A stretch of 64,000 nucleotides of DNA from Nitrospirota bacterium (GCA_035623825.1 DASPSR010000042.1:11669-75668); one strand, 5' to 3'; shown: positions 35,229 through 44,738, numbered from the stretch's first letter. The notes: generated by a model from the sequence alone, not told the origin. Made by a program: numbers and translations.

Positions 35229-37187
35229 TTACCATTTCATGGACAGGGTGGCCAATAGAGTTGCAAACTCGCCGTCCTGGGTGTTGTCAATTTTATCGTC
35301 ATACTGCTGATACTGGTAGCGGATCTCTCCGTCCGTGTTCTTGCCGAGCCCCATTTGAACACCGAAAGCATAGACGGTGTCGACGACCCTCATATTCGAT
35401 AACTCAGGGATTCCTCCCACGTTGGTCACGCTGCTCGTCCCTGTAAGGCAGAAATTGCCCCGCGAGTAGCTCCTGCTTCCCGATGCCGTGAGATTCATTC
35501 TATCTATCGGAGAATAAGTCAGTGCAAGTGATCCTACGTGGGCAATGTCTGCGTAAGGGACACCTGGTTCGAGCGACAAAGCGCCTGTCCCGTCTTGAAA
35601 GGTGACGGTCTGATTGACATTGTTTTGGAAGTAGGAGTAGCTCGCCGTGATCGAAGAGCGGTTGCCGACCAAGAGCGTAACGCTGGCAAGGCCCTGATCG
35701 CGTCTGACCTCCCTGCTCCCGCCGGCCAGAGGCGCCACCAGATCATTCCGGCTCTCCCGCACAGTACTGTAACTGAGCAGGGTATTGATCCTCGTCGCAG
35801 GCGTCCAGGTGAGCGATGCCTGTCCAGACTGCGCCCGGTCAGGGTCGGTATCGTAGGCCGGGTTGTTAATCGCCGTATAAGCATAATCCCCGCGGAAGGT
35901 AAGCCTATTCATGATGCGGTACGCAAGTTCTATCCTCGCTGTTCCCTTGGTGGTCTTATCCGGCAGGTCCCAGAATGCCTGGCCGCCTGGAGGAAATGGC
36001 AGAGAGGTCCCAGGAACCCCTACGGAGCGGTCAATCATGTCCAAGACATACTGGCCCTTAAATGTCAGACGGTCGGTTGCCCGGTAACGGATTGTTCCAT
36101 CCACAACGTCCCGTGTCGAAGAGATGGCGTCCCTGACACTGTTCGGGCCACTGACTATGGTGGGGACTGGGGTTATGTTATTGACCATGCTGGGGTTGCT
36201 TTCATCCTTATCGTAGTGCCGATATTTGAGGACGAACATCACGCTGGTCACGGGCAATAACATAAGGTCGCCCCCCGCATTCCAGTATTGCACCTTCGCT
36301 CCGCTGGAGTCATTTTTTGAGTCCCCGTTCGTGACAGTACCCGCAGCAACTACTTTCCCTGAATACATCGTGTGGATCTTCACCGTATCGGACGAGGATT
36401 CAAGAGTGGGAGTTAAATTATGCGGGACCGGATTGGACCCTGGGGCGTACGTGTCGTACAGTACGTTGCTGTCGTACGATGTGAACCGCTTATCCATGTG
36501 GCTGTAATCAACTTCTACCGGTCCGAGGTGGCTGTTCGCGCCAACCGTAACCTCCCGTGTAAACCAATCGATATCCCTGGACTCTGAGATCTTGTTGAGG
36601 CCACCGGAAAATCCGCGCAAGAATATCTGCTGTATGGTCCCTTCCCGCTCGACGGTCCGCAGGTCTGCGTACAGGTGGAAAGGATAGTCCGGCGTCTTAA
36701 AGCGGATGAATCCATTCTCCAGCCTGTTCTCAGCGCCATACATGGCCCCGGGGTTTAAGTCGGTGAAGGTCGGCGTGCCTGGCGGCGCTGGTGCGGGAGG
36801 AAGATTTTCGGTTAAATGATTAAGATTATGGAACATGTCTCTCGCAACCCAGTTAAAGAGCACGATATCCTTGAAGGCGTAATCCGTCTCAACGAAGTAA
36901 TCCTTGGTATTCAAATAATAGGACTCAACTGCAACGCGGTGAGGCAGCGGGTCCCATTCCAGGTCCAGCGCGCCGATGGCAGAAGACCTGAGATAATCAT
37001 ACTCTCCGGCGTGAGCGGGATTCCCTTCCTGATCTATAGTCCGATAGCCCAGGCTGATCCTGCCTTCAAAGGCCTCCAGACGCTCCCCCGCAGCGGTCTC
37101 TGCCGTGCTTGTCCCCGAGGGTTGCTGTGCTAGAACCGGGGAGGCCCAGAGCATCAAAAATGCGATTATGAGAATGGTCTTTTTCAT
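35229..37187 (-). CDS. outer-membrane beta-barrel, MtrB/PioB-like porin candidate
   Basis: It has a signal peptide ending VLAQQ and is 652 aa long. It shows pervasive alternating-polarity strands rich in Y/T/S/G and a terminal aromatic (LSMKW). It starts 13 nt downstream of the MtrA-like decaheme gene. The family call is inferred from size, composition and synteny. Confidence 0.6.
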   Translation of the reverse strand: MKKTILIIAFLMLWASPVLAQQPSGTSTAETAAGERLEAFEGRISLGYRTIDQEGNPAHAGEYDYLRSSAIGALDLEWDPLPHRVAVESYYLNTKDYFVETDYAFKDIVLFNWVARDMFHNLNHLTENLPPAPAPPGTPTFTDLNPGAMYGAENRLENGFIRFKTPDYPFHLYADLRTVEREGTIQQIFLRGFSGGLNKISESRDIDWFTREVTVGANSHLGPVEVDYSHMDKRFTSYDSNVLYDTYAPGSNPVPHNLTPTLESSSDTVKIHTMYSGKVVAAGTVTNGDSKNDSSGAKVQYWNAGGDLMLLPVTSVMFVLKYRHYDKDESNPSMVNNITPVPTIVSGPNSVRDAISSTRDVVDGTIRYRATDRLTFKGQYVLDMIDRSVGVPGTSLPFPPGGQAFWDLPDKTTKGTARIELAYRIMNRLTFRGDYAYTAINNPAYDTDPDRAQSGQASLTWTPATRINTLLSYSTVRESRNDLVAPLAGGSREVRRDQGLASVTLLVGNRSSITASYSYFQNNVNQTVTFQDGTGALSLEPGVPYADIAHVGSLALTYSPIDRMNLTASGSRSYSRGNFCLTGTSSVTNVGGIPELSNMRVVDTVYAFGVQMGLGKNTDGEIRYQYQQYDDKIDNTQDGEFATLLATLSMKW

Positions 37188-37200
37188 TTATGAGCCTCCT

Positions 37201-38226
37201 CTACTGTATGAAATGGCCCTGGCCGCTTGGTGACGGCAGGTCCGAACCGTGTATCTGTGAATGGCAGTCCGTGCACCGCGTATAGAATGCTGTCTTCTGC
37301 GCGGCAGTCGTCGCTGCAGCCGGGGGCGCACTGACGATCGGGTGGGTCGGATGGCACTGCAGGCAGAGGAACGGCTCGCGCAGGAGGAGCAGGTTGCTGT
37401 TCACCGACCCGTGCGGCGTATGGCAGGCGCGGCAATCGTCGGTAAGGTCAGCATGCTCGTACACAAACGGGCCCTGCTTCTCCGCATGGCACTGGGTGCA
37501 GGTTGCCTTCACCGTTTCCCGCCTCAGGTTCCTCTCTCCGCCTCCGCCATGCGGATCGTGGCAGTCGGTGCAGAACACCTTCTTTTCCGGCACGGGATGG
37601 TGGTTCGGCAGGGAGAACGCAGCCTGCACGTCCTGGTGACAGCGCTCGCACATTTCTGCTGTGTCTTTGAGCTTGACCTTGAGGTTGTGTCCTCCGTGGA
37701 TCTTATGGCAGTCGGAACACGACACGTCGGCAACGTTGTGGATGCTCGAATTCCAGTTATGCAGGTTGAACGTCGCGTTGGCCGTATGGCACTTCAGGCA
37801 GATAAGTGATTTTGCCTGGGCGGGCAGGTTCTTGATGTCGATTAGGGTCTTGAAGTCGCAGGCCGTCTTCTTTCCGGCCTTGGCATCGGCAGCGAGCCTC
37901 TGCGGTGTCAGAGGATCTATGGCGAGGCTGCCCGGACCGTGGCAGCTCTCGCAGTTCACCAGCGGCAGACCCGATTCCCTCGAGAGCTGAGCGCCCATGG
38001 TCGAGAGGTCGAAATCGCGCCTCTTCTGGTCGTGCTCGTGGCATGCCTTGAGGCAGTTATCCGTGCCTACATAGTCGGCGTCGAGCCGGCCGGCAATCAT
38101 CTTCTCGTAATCCTTGATCGGGAAAATCGGCCTTGCTTCCTTGAGAGCCGCACATCCAGCGGCAAAGAAGGCGCCGAGAATCCCGATTGCCAGCCATTTC
38201 TTCCATGTGAATAGTCGTTCCATCAT
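37201..38226 (-). CDS. periplasmic decaheme c-type cytochrome, MtrA/DmsE-like
   Basis: A 341-aa protein with a signal sequence. I counted exactly 10 CxxCH motifs: CLKACH, CESCH, CLKCH, CSDCH, CERCH, CTDCH, CTQCH, CRACH, CLQCH, CTDCH. Size and heme number match MtrA-type proteins (about 330 aa, 10 hemes). Confidence 0.8.
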   Translation of the reverse strand: MMERLFTWKKWLAIGILGAFFAAGCAALKEARPIFPIKDYEKMIAGRLDADYVGTDNCLKACHEHDQKRRDFDLSTMGAQLSRESGLPLVNCESCHGPGSLAIDPLTPQRLAADAKAGKKTACDFKTLIDIKNLPAQAKSLICLKCHTANATFNLHNWNSSIHNVADVSCSDCHKIHGGHNLKVKLKDTAEMCERCHQDVQAAFSLPNHHPVPEKKVFCTDCHDPHGGGGERNLRRETVKATCTQCHAEKQGPFVYEHADLTDDCRACHTPHGSVNSNLLLLREPFLCLQCHPTHPIVSAPPAAATTAAQKTAFYTRCTDCHSQIHGSDLPSPSGQGHFIQ

Positions 38227-38252
38227 CTAGCCTCCTTTACCTAAGCGTTGGG

Positions 38253-40187
38253 TTAGGGCCGTTCTGCCTCGCTTCCGAATCCACCCGGGTATGCGCCATT
38301 CCAGAGCGGCCCGTTTGGAAGAAGATATGCCTTGGCTCCCTGGCACCAGGCGGGCGGTGTGCCGCCGCTGCACGCGGTGCTGAGAGTCGCACCGACCGAA
38401 TAGTTCATTATCCCGTCATCGAGCCAGTCGAGAGAGTCGTAGATCAATCTTTTCGCAAACCTGCTGTTATGCACATAGGCGCCCCATTCATGAGTGAGGA
38501 GGCTGAAGTTAAACGCGGCACCCAGATTGTTTTTGCCGGTCGTGTTGCCCGTTATATCCGCATCACCGGCGGAAAGCCAGTTTTTGTTGGCGAAATACGG
38601 ATAATTGGTGGTGAATGTATAACCGGATATAATGAGCTCTGCTTGGAGTGCCTGCAAGGCAGAATCGAAGTTGTTCTTTTCGTCCTGCACTACCGTACCA
38701 AAATCTATGCTGGAACCGGCATGGCAGGCAAAACAAACCGCGCTCGATACAACGATGTTCCCCATATTCGTACTGATTGGCTCAAAGAGATGGTTGCCAC
38801 TCATGCCCGTCCGGTCCATATGGCATCCGACGCAAGGGCCGTTCGAGCCGGTGTTCGGGGCATTTGGCGTGCCGATCTGATTGTGCTTGAACGAAGCGGG
38901 GTCAGCATAGTTCCTCCCGGCATATACGTACGGCGTGCCCTTGAACATCGTTCCGCCTGCGGAGAGGTAGTGTCCGTCAGGGAAACTGAAATTGCTGAAA
39001 TTCACGGTTGCTGTCTGTCCGGTATTCAAATCGCTGACCGCCGTGCCGTTTACGCGCCCCGTGTGGCAGGGAATACAGACATTCGAGATGGATAGATCAG
39101 GGTACTGGAAATATGCTGTAGAGCTCGGGGCGGAGCCGATCGTATACGTTGCCTTATAGGCTCCCGGATTCCTGAGGTCACCCGCATTGTCTGTGTGACA
39201 GCCTCTGCACTCGAGCATTTCGGGCTTGAAGTTCAAAGCAGAGGGTACAAGCGCTATGCCGCCGGCTACAATGGTTGCGGCCAATGATTGGTTTCCCGCC
39301 TGAAGCGCATCGGCATACGTCGCAAAACCGGTTGTCGTATGACAGCGCTGACAGGCGGTCCTGCTCGCCAGCGACCAGTCGTAATGAGCCCAGGCATCTG
39401 CCGCAAGCATATCCGCATGCTTCGAACTGGCCCAATCTCTGTTGATGTCGGCATTCTTATGCGGATTGTGGCAGTCGGTACAGACGGTATCGCTCGCAAA
39501 ATTCATGGCATAACCGGTAATATTATTGCTATTTTGACTAGTTCCTGACGCCCCCCAGTTGCCGGGGGTGGCAAAGTGCGTGTCAGTGATAACGTATTGA
39601 GTTCCATTGGGGGCAGGTGCCCCTGCTAAATGGGTCGGCGAAGCATTAAGAGCTCCTGTTGAGGTATCGAGCAGATTATGACAAGCCGTGCACATGACGA
39701 ATTGTCCAGAGACCGCTACGGCGCCGAAGCTTGTCCCCGTCGTGTTCGAAAGGAGGGATATCGGCCCGGCCCCGCCGGCATCTGCATGCAGGCTCCCGGG
39801 ACCGTGGCAAGCCTCGCAGCCGACCACCGGACGAGGAACATTCCCCGTGTATCCTGCTGTGAGATTGTTGCTGTCCCCGTCAGGGTCATGACAACTGATG
39901 CAGCCTGAGCCGCCTGCCTGGACAAGACCCACTGTCGGAACGCCTGCACTGTACAGGTTACCTGCAGGATCGAGATTCCCGTGTTTGCTCATAAGCCAGT
40001 CGGCTGTTTCGGTGGTATGACATCCTGCGCACCTATTCAGTCCTGCAGTCGTAGTCGCTGCAGAAAGAACGCTTGAAGTCGCCGGCCCGATAGCCGAATC
40101 GGACTTGCCGCAACCTCCGAGCATGGCGATACATGCAAGCATGAAAAGAAAAACGAGGACTGTTCTGCTTCCCTTCTTTGTATTCAT
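38253..40187 (-). CDS. decaheme c-type cytochrome lipoprotein (MtrC/OmcA-like by size, lipobox and position)
   Basis: The lipobox is IAMLGGC. The protein is 644 aa. I counted 10 CxxCH motifs: CAGCH, CISCH, CEACH, CTACH, CTDCH, CQRCH, CRGCH, CIPCH, CVGCH, CFACH. Confidence 0.75.
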   Translation of the reverse strand: MNTKKGSRTVLVFLFMLACIAMLGGCGKSDSAIGPATSSVLSAATTTAGLNRCAGCHTTETADWLMSKHGNLDPAGNLYSAGVPTVGLVQAGGSGCISCHDPDGDSNNLTAGYTGNVPRPVVGCEACHGPGSLHADAGGAGPISLLSNTTGTSFGAVAVSGQFVMCTACHNLLDTSTGALNASPTHLAGAPAPNGTQYVITDTHFATPGNWGASGTSQNSNNITGYAMNFASDTVCTDCHNPHKNADINRDWASSKHADMLAADAWAHYDWSLASRTACQRCHTTTGFATYADALQAGNQSLAATIVAGGIALVPSALNFKPEMLECRGCHTDNAGDLRNPGAYKATYTIGSAPSSTAYFQYPDLSISNVCIPCHTGRVNGTAVSDLNTGQTATVNFSNFSFPDGHYLSAGGTMFKGTPYVYAGRNYADPASFKHNQIGTPNAPNTGSNGPCVGCHMDRTGMSGNHLFEPISTNMGNIVVSSAVCFACHAGSSIDFGTVVQDEKNNFDSALQALQAELIISGYTFTTNYPYFANKNWLSAGDADITGNTTGKNNLGAAFNFSLLTHEWGAYVHNSRFAKRLIYDSLDWLDDGIMNYSVGATLSTACSGGTPPAWCQGAKAYLLPNGPLWNGAYPGGFGSEAERP

Positions 40188-40229
40188 GGTTCATACCTCC
40201 CCTAATGGCTTCACCTGCTGAACCCGGGT

Positions 40230-40276
40230 TGCTGAATGAAAGCTCATCACTTTACTCTCCTATTCCGAATTCAGCA
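40230..40276. promoter_or_regulatory. 8-bp perfect inverted repeat in the cheW-mtrC-like intercistronic gap
   Basis: TGCTGAAT (40230-40237) pairs with ATTCAGCA (40269-40276) across a 31-nt spacer. A third TGCTGAA lies at 40216-40222, and the palindrome AACCCGGGTT lies at 40221-40230. Confidence 0.25.
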
Positions 40277-40292
40277 TGTTTATATCGGCGAT

Positions 40293-40955
40293 CTACGCCC
40301 CTACCGCTTTGTGCAAGTCCAGCAGGATGTAGAGCCTGTCGTCTTTTCGCGCTATCCCCTTTAGGAACTCTGCACCTTGTTCGATGGTCTCCGGTGCAGG
40401 ACGGACGGCGTCCGGTGAGATCCGTACCACCCCGGTCACCTGATCCACGAGAATTCCCGCGTTCTCGTCATCTGGGCTTATAATGATAATCCGCGCCTTC
40501 TCGTCCCTCACGGCGGGCGGAAGGCCTAGCCGCCTTCCGAGATCCAGTACTGGCAGGACCGTTCCCCGGATCGATGTCACCCCGATGACATGTGACGGTG
40601 AATTGGGGACCATGGTGAGCTCCCTGCTTTTCAGCACTTCCTGTACATCATCTACGGGCAGGACATACTCTTCACTGCCGAGGCGGAACGAGAGCATCTC
40701 GATCTCCTGTGTGTGAATTCCACTTGCCACTCCTTCTTCAGGCTCCGGCGTGTCCCTTCTTCCGATTTCTTCCACTGCGGCGTGTTTGGCCGCTTCCGGT
40801 TGTTTCCCGACAGCTGGAGATGACGGCACAGGGCTCGCGCTGCCAGAGGGCTTTTCCGTCTGGGCAGGTTGAGCAGGGGCCGTTTCTTCGGTCTCGAGTT
40901 TGTTTTGTGTGCGTGTCCACTCCGCTGCCTTTTTCCGCGCTGCCAAGATATCCAT
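40293..40955 (-). CDS. cheW: CheW coupling protein with an 80-aa low-complexity N-terminal extension
   Basis: The C-terminal core is MLSFRLGSEEYVLPVDDVQEVL...IGVTSIRGTVLPVLDLGRRLG. The N-terminus is P/A/E/S-rich. Confidence 0.85.
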   Translation of the reverse strand: MDILAARKKAAEWTRTQNKLETEETAPAQPAQTEKPSGSASPVPSSPAVGKQPEAAKHAAVEEIGRRDTPEPEEGVASGIHTQEIEMLSFRLGSEEYVLPVDDVQEVLKSRELTMVPNSPSHVIGVTSIRGTVLPVLDLGRRLGLPPAVRDEKARIIIISPDDENAGILVDQVTGVVRISPDAVRPAPETIEQGAEFLKGIARKDDRLYILLDLHKAVGA

Positions 40956-40984
40956 AGGTCGCTAACGCTCCTACCGAAAAAAAC

Positions 40985-41866
40985 TTACAGAGAGCAGAGG
41001 ACATGGGACATATGGGAAACCATGGCCCCTCTTCTCTTTGCCTCATGCCGAATGCCCTTTCCGTCCTTCGCCCGCCCTTCTCTCACTATGCTCTCGATGA
41101 TCTCCTGGTCTATTATCTTGAGGCCCTTGCCGAAACCTTCAACGAGCGCATTGCCCGCAATGGTGTTGATAATGCGCGGAACGCCTCCTGAACGCTCGAA
41201 CAAAGCCGTGTTCGCTTCTTCATCAAAGAGCAGCGTTTCCCTCCCCGCTACCCGGAGCCGGTGCTTCACGTACTCTCGTGTCTCGTCCTCGTCAAGCGGG
41301 CCCAGGTGATACTGCATTCCGATCCTCTGCCGAAGCGCCCTGTACTGGCGTCGGTCGAGCCGCTCCCCGAGCTCTGTCTGGCCGATAAGCAGGATCGCGA
41401 GAAGGTTGCGGTCATCGAGCTGGAAATTCGTAAGCAACCGCAGTTCCTCGAACGTGGCCTTGCCGGAGATAAGCTGCGCTTCGTCAATGATGACCACCGG
41501 TCGCTTCCCGGCCTCGAAGAACTCATACAGCTTTGCATTGATTCCCTCAATGATGCTGTGGCAATCCCGGCTCGAGCACTCCATCTCGAGGCCGAGGGCC
41601 ACGGTTCTCAGAAGATGTAGCGGCGAAAGCCGCGGGTTGATTATCAGCATCGGATGAAAGCTCCCGTCCAGCGAATCGATGAGCGCACGGGAAATCATCG
41701 TCTTGCCCGTACCGATATCGCCGGTCAACAGGGCAATGTCCTGGTCCTCTGCCGCAAGCTGTAGCCGGGCGAGGGCCTCGGCATGCTTGGCGCTCTGGTA
41801 GAAAAAACGCGGGTCAGGCGTCTTTTTGAACGGCTTTTCGCTCAGTCCGTAAAATTCTTCATACAT
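40985..41866 (-). CDS. ExeA/GspA/MshM-like AAA ATPase
   Basis: The N-terminus is YEEFYGLSEKPFKKTPDPRFFYQSAKHAEALARL. Walker A is GDIGTGKT and Walker B is VVIIDEAQ. Confidence 0.75.
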   Translation of the reverse strand: MYEEFYGLSEKPFKKTPDPRFFYQSAKHAEALARLQLAAEDQDIALLTGDIGTGKTMISRALIDSLDGSFHPMLIINPRLSPLHLLRTVALGLEMECSSRDCHSIIEGINAKLYEFFEAGKRPVVIIDEAQLISGKATFEELRLLTNFQLDDRNLLAILLIGQTELGERLDRRQYRALRQRIGMQYHLGPLDEDETREYVKHRLRVAGRETLLFDEEANTALFERSGGVPRIINTIAGNALVEGFGKGLKIIDQEIIESIVREGRAKDGKGIRHEAKRRGAMVSHMSHVLCSL

Positions 41867-41998
41867 AATTTAAGTCCCCGGGCCAGACGACAGGTACTAG
41901 ATTGAAGCTTTTCTTTTTGCCCGCTTATTCTGTCTGAAGTCCATTATCTGTTATCTGCCCTCGTTCCTTATTCCCCCGTCTTTGCCTCCGCCCGTGGT

Positions 41999-44008
41999 CT
42001 ACTGTCTGCTGACAACGACCGATCTTTTGAGAGCCCCTTCGATGAGTGATTCAACATCCAGCACGAGCACAACGCCGCGTCTGTCTCCCAGCTCCGTGGC
42101 GCCAGCAATGCCCGGTATCTCCGATATCCGCTTTCCAAGAGGCTTGATGACGATCTCCTGCTGGTCCCGGAGACCGTCAACCATGATCCCCAAGCGGCGC
42201 TCTGCGAGACCCACGAGGATGAGGTAGAATGAGTTGCTGCTGGGCTTCGGGGTCAGTTTGAACGCCTTCGTAAGCCGATAGAGCGGTATCGTGTCGCCAC
42301 GGATGGCCATCACCTCGCGTGTCTCCACGGTCTCTACCTGGTCATGCGTCGCCTGAATGATCTCGAGCACGGCGCTGAGAGGCACGGCAAACACCTCTCC
42401 GCCGGCCTCCACTACGAGTGCCTTGATGATGGCAAGGGTTATGGGAAGCGTGATGATGAATTTCGTTCCCATACCCGTCTCGGTATCGATATCAATCATA
42501 CCGGACAGCTTGGAGACATTCCGTTTCACCACGTCCAAACCCACACCACGGCCCGAGATTTCGGTTACGGTCTCGCGGGTGGTGAAGCCGGGAAGGAAAA
42601 TGATATCCAGAATCTCTTTGCGGTCGGTCTCAGGATCAAGGCCATGGTCCGAGGGGAGAACCGCTTTCTGCACTGCCTTGGCCAGGATATTCTTCGTTTC
42701 TATCCCCGCTCCGTCGTCTTCGACGGTGATCACCACATGGTTGCCCTTGGGGAATGCCGCGAGCTTTACCACACCGTGTTCCGGCTTTCCCTGCTGTTTC
42801 CGTATTTCGGGGAGTTCGATGCCGTGGTCAATGGCATTCCTTATGAGGTGCATGAGCGGGTCGGCAAGGTCCTCGATCATAAGCTTGTCGAGTTCGGTCT
42901 CTTCTCCCGAAAGATGGAGATCGATCTCCTTTCCCACTTCTTTCGCGTACTTTCTGACCATCTGTGAAAGGCGCGTAAAAATCTGGCCGATTGGAACCAT
43001 TCTAACCTCAAGGATCCCCTCCTGGAGGTCGTTCAGCTTCCTCTCCAGGCTGCGCTGCGCCTTGTGCAGATCCACGGAAAGTCCTGCGAATCCGTGCATG
43101 GATCTCAACTCACGCGCGATGCGACCGATGATGTTCTTGGTGAGGTGCATCTCACCGACTACGTTCATAAGGCCGTCAAGCTTGTAGATATCCACGCGGA
43201 CAGTATTGCTCACCGACTTGATCGCACCCGTTTCCGATACCGCCCGTTGCTCTTCCACCTTCCGCCCCTCGACGTACGTTATCGGGTCGAAGGACACCTT
43301 TGGCATATTGATCGCCGACATGAGCTCGTCACGTCCCATTGCGGTGCCGGCCACAATGGTAAATCCGATGCCGCCTGCGGCCGCGCCGGCCGTGGGCAGG
43401 GTGCAGATAATTTCAGCGTTCTTTTTGAGCACATCATTGAGGTTCTTGATGCCTTTTTCGAAATCGGTAAGCTCGAACAACGCCTTAATGGTGAAAAGGT
43501 TTTTGTGCTCCCTGATATTTTCCTTGAGTCGGTATTCTTCGTATTCCGTAAGGACTTGGAGGAGCCCGCGGTCAATTTCTATCTGATCCAGGATAGACCG
43601 GTCAGCGGCTGTGGAAGGCTTGGCTTTGAGGATTCCGTCGATGCGGTCAAGCGCGGCCGCTATGTCTTCCGGCTGCTCCTTGTTGCCCACTTGCTGCACA
43701 TGCCGTCCGAGCAGGGCCACGGTCTCGAATAGCACATCGAGGACGTCCCGGCTGAGCGCTGTTTTCCCGAGACGGACCTCGTCGAGGAGGAACTCCAGTT
43801 TGTGTGAGAGCTCTGAGGGGGCCTTGAGCCCGAACATCCCGGCGAGTCCCTTGAAGGAATGGATTGCGCGAAAAAGGCCGTTCACCAGATCCGGAGCCGA
43901 GCGCCCTGCGGCCTGTTCGGACTCAAGCGAGAGCATCGTCTGGTTGGCCGTTTCGAGAATGTCTTCCGCCTCGGCTAGAAAATCCTTTATAGAACGGTCT
44001 GATTTCAA
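41999..44008 (-). CDS. cheA: chemotaxis histidine kinase
   Basis: The Hpt motif is FRAIHSFKGLAGMFG. The HATPase block is DHGIE...GRGVGLDVV. A C-terminal CheW-like domain is present. Confidence 0.93.
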   Translation of the reverse strand: MKSDRSIKDFLAEAEDILETANQTMLSLESEQAAGRSAPDLVNGLFRAIHSFKGLAGMFGLKAPSELSHKLEFLLDEVRLGKTALSRDVLDVLFETVALLGRHVQQVGNKEQPEDIAAALDRIDGILKAKPSTAADRSILDQIEIDRGLLQVLTEYEEYRLKENIREHKNLFTIKALFELTDFEKGIKNLNDVLKKNAEIICTLPTAGAAAGGIGFTIVAGTAMGRDELMSAINMPKVSFDPITYVEGRKVEEQRAVSETGAIKSVSNTVRVDIYKLDGLMNVVGEMHLTKNIIGRIARELRSMHGFAGLSVDLHKAQRSLERKLNDLQEGILEVRMVPIGQIFTRLSQMVRKYAKEVGKEIDLHLSGEETELDKLMIEDLADPLMHLIRNAIDHGIELPEIRKQQGKPEHGVVKLAAFPKGNHVVITVEDDGAGIETKNILAKAVQKAVLPSDHGLDPETDRKEILDIIFLPGFTTRETVTEISGRGVGLDVVKRNVSKLSGMIDIDTETGMGTKFIITLPITLAIIKALVVEAGGEVFAVPLSAVLEIIQATHDQVETVETREVMAIRGDTIPLYRLTKAFKLTPKPSSNSFYLILVGLAERRLGIMVDGLRDQQEIVIKPLGKRISEIPGIAGATELGDRRGVVLVLDVESLIEGALKRSVVVSRQ

Positions 44009-44099
44009 TCGTCGCTACGCTCCATTGAAAAATGTAAAAAGAATATTAATATTTTGATTTCTGATCTTTACTATATAACCCGGCACGCAACGCCGCCGT

Positions 44100-44471
44100 C
44101 TATTCACCCTCCAACGCCTTGTTCACTGCAGCCATTAGATCTTCCTTCTTGAAAGGTTTAACTACATATCCGGTAGCCCCGAGCGCTATGCCCCTTTTTT
44201 GGTCTTCCTCGCTCTTTTCGGTGCTCACGATGATTAGGGGAATGTCCTTATAAGCGGCATTCGACTTTACAAAGCTGATCAACTCAAGGCCGTTGATGTC
44301 GGGCATATTGATGTCAGTGATTATCAGGTTGAAGCGTCGTGTGGGAAGGGTTTTGAGGGCTTCAAAGCCGTTCCCGGCTTCCACCGCAAAGAACTCTCCC
44401 ATTTCCTCGAGAGAGACCCGCATCATCGAGCGTATGGCCTTGGAATCCTCCACGATAAGGACGTTCTTCAT
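44100..44471 (-). CDS. cheY: CheY-like single-domain response regulator (intact copy)
   Basis: A 123-aa receiver domain with IVEDS...LIITDINMPDINGLE...IIVSTE...KPF. Confidence 0.9.
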   Translation of the reverse strand: MKNVLIVEDSKAIRSMMRVSLEEMGEFFAVEAGNGFEALKTLPTRRFNLIITDINMPDINGLELISFVKSNAAYKDIPLIIVSTEKSEEDQKRGIALGATGYVVKPFKKEDLMAAVNKALEGE

Positions 44472-44606
44472 TTTCGCTCCTTCTGAAGGTCGGCAGGTCT
44501 CTTTTCCAGCAGGCCCTTTTCCAAGACCATCCCCGCCTGATTGATGAATATCTCGAGAGTATCCACGCCTTTGATCGGTTTCTGATCGGGCAAGTTGTCT
44601 CCCTAT
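44289..44606. repeat. segmental duplication, copy A (5' half of intact cheY + relic 3' end of the DUF4388 gene)
   Basis: My hand alignment to 45017-45333 gives about 21 differences including one 1-nt indel over about 315 nt, roughly 93% identity. Confidence 0.85.
44468..44606 (-). pseudogene. relic 3' fragment of the DUF4388/GAF-like gene (last ~45 codons)
   Basis: It translates to NLPDQKPIKGVDTLEIFINQAGMVLEKGLLEKRPADLQKERK*. The intact gene ends NLPNQKPIKGVDTLEIFMNQAGMALEKALLEKRLADLQKERK*. It keeps the ATGA stop/start overlap with cheY. Confidence 0.75.
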
Positions 44607-44708
44607 GCGTTATCAACGCCCAAGATTCTCTTCATTTTGTTCCAAGCGCTATTACTGTTTTTTTATCGCATCCTTATGAATCCATCCTATGCTCGACTTG
44701 CAATATTT

Positions 44709-44738
44709 ATACTAAATTTATATTTTAAAATATGTCAA
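44709..44738 (-). promoter_or_regulatory. possible sigma70-like promoter inside the AT-rich insert, pointing at intact cheY-cheA
   Basis: The minus strand reads TTGACA (44733-44738), an 18-nt spacer, then TAGTAT (44709-44714). The AT-rich context makes chance matches likely. Confidence 0.2.

Noticed and set aside
44362-44616. Track ORFs 44362-44616 (-) and 44996-45223 (-).
   Set aside because: They are out-of-frame or post-frameshift readings across the duplicated cheY/gene-junction sequence, not independent genes.
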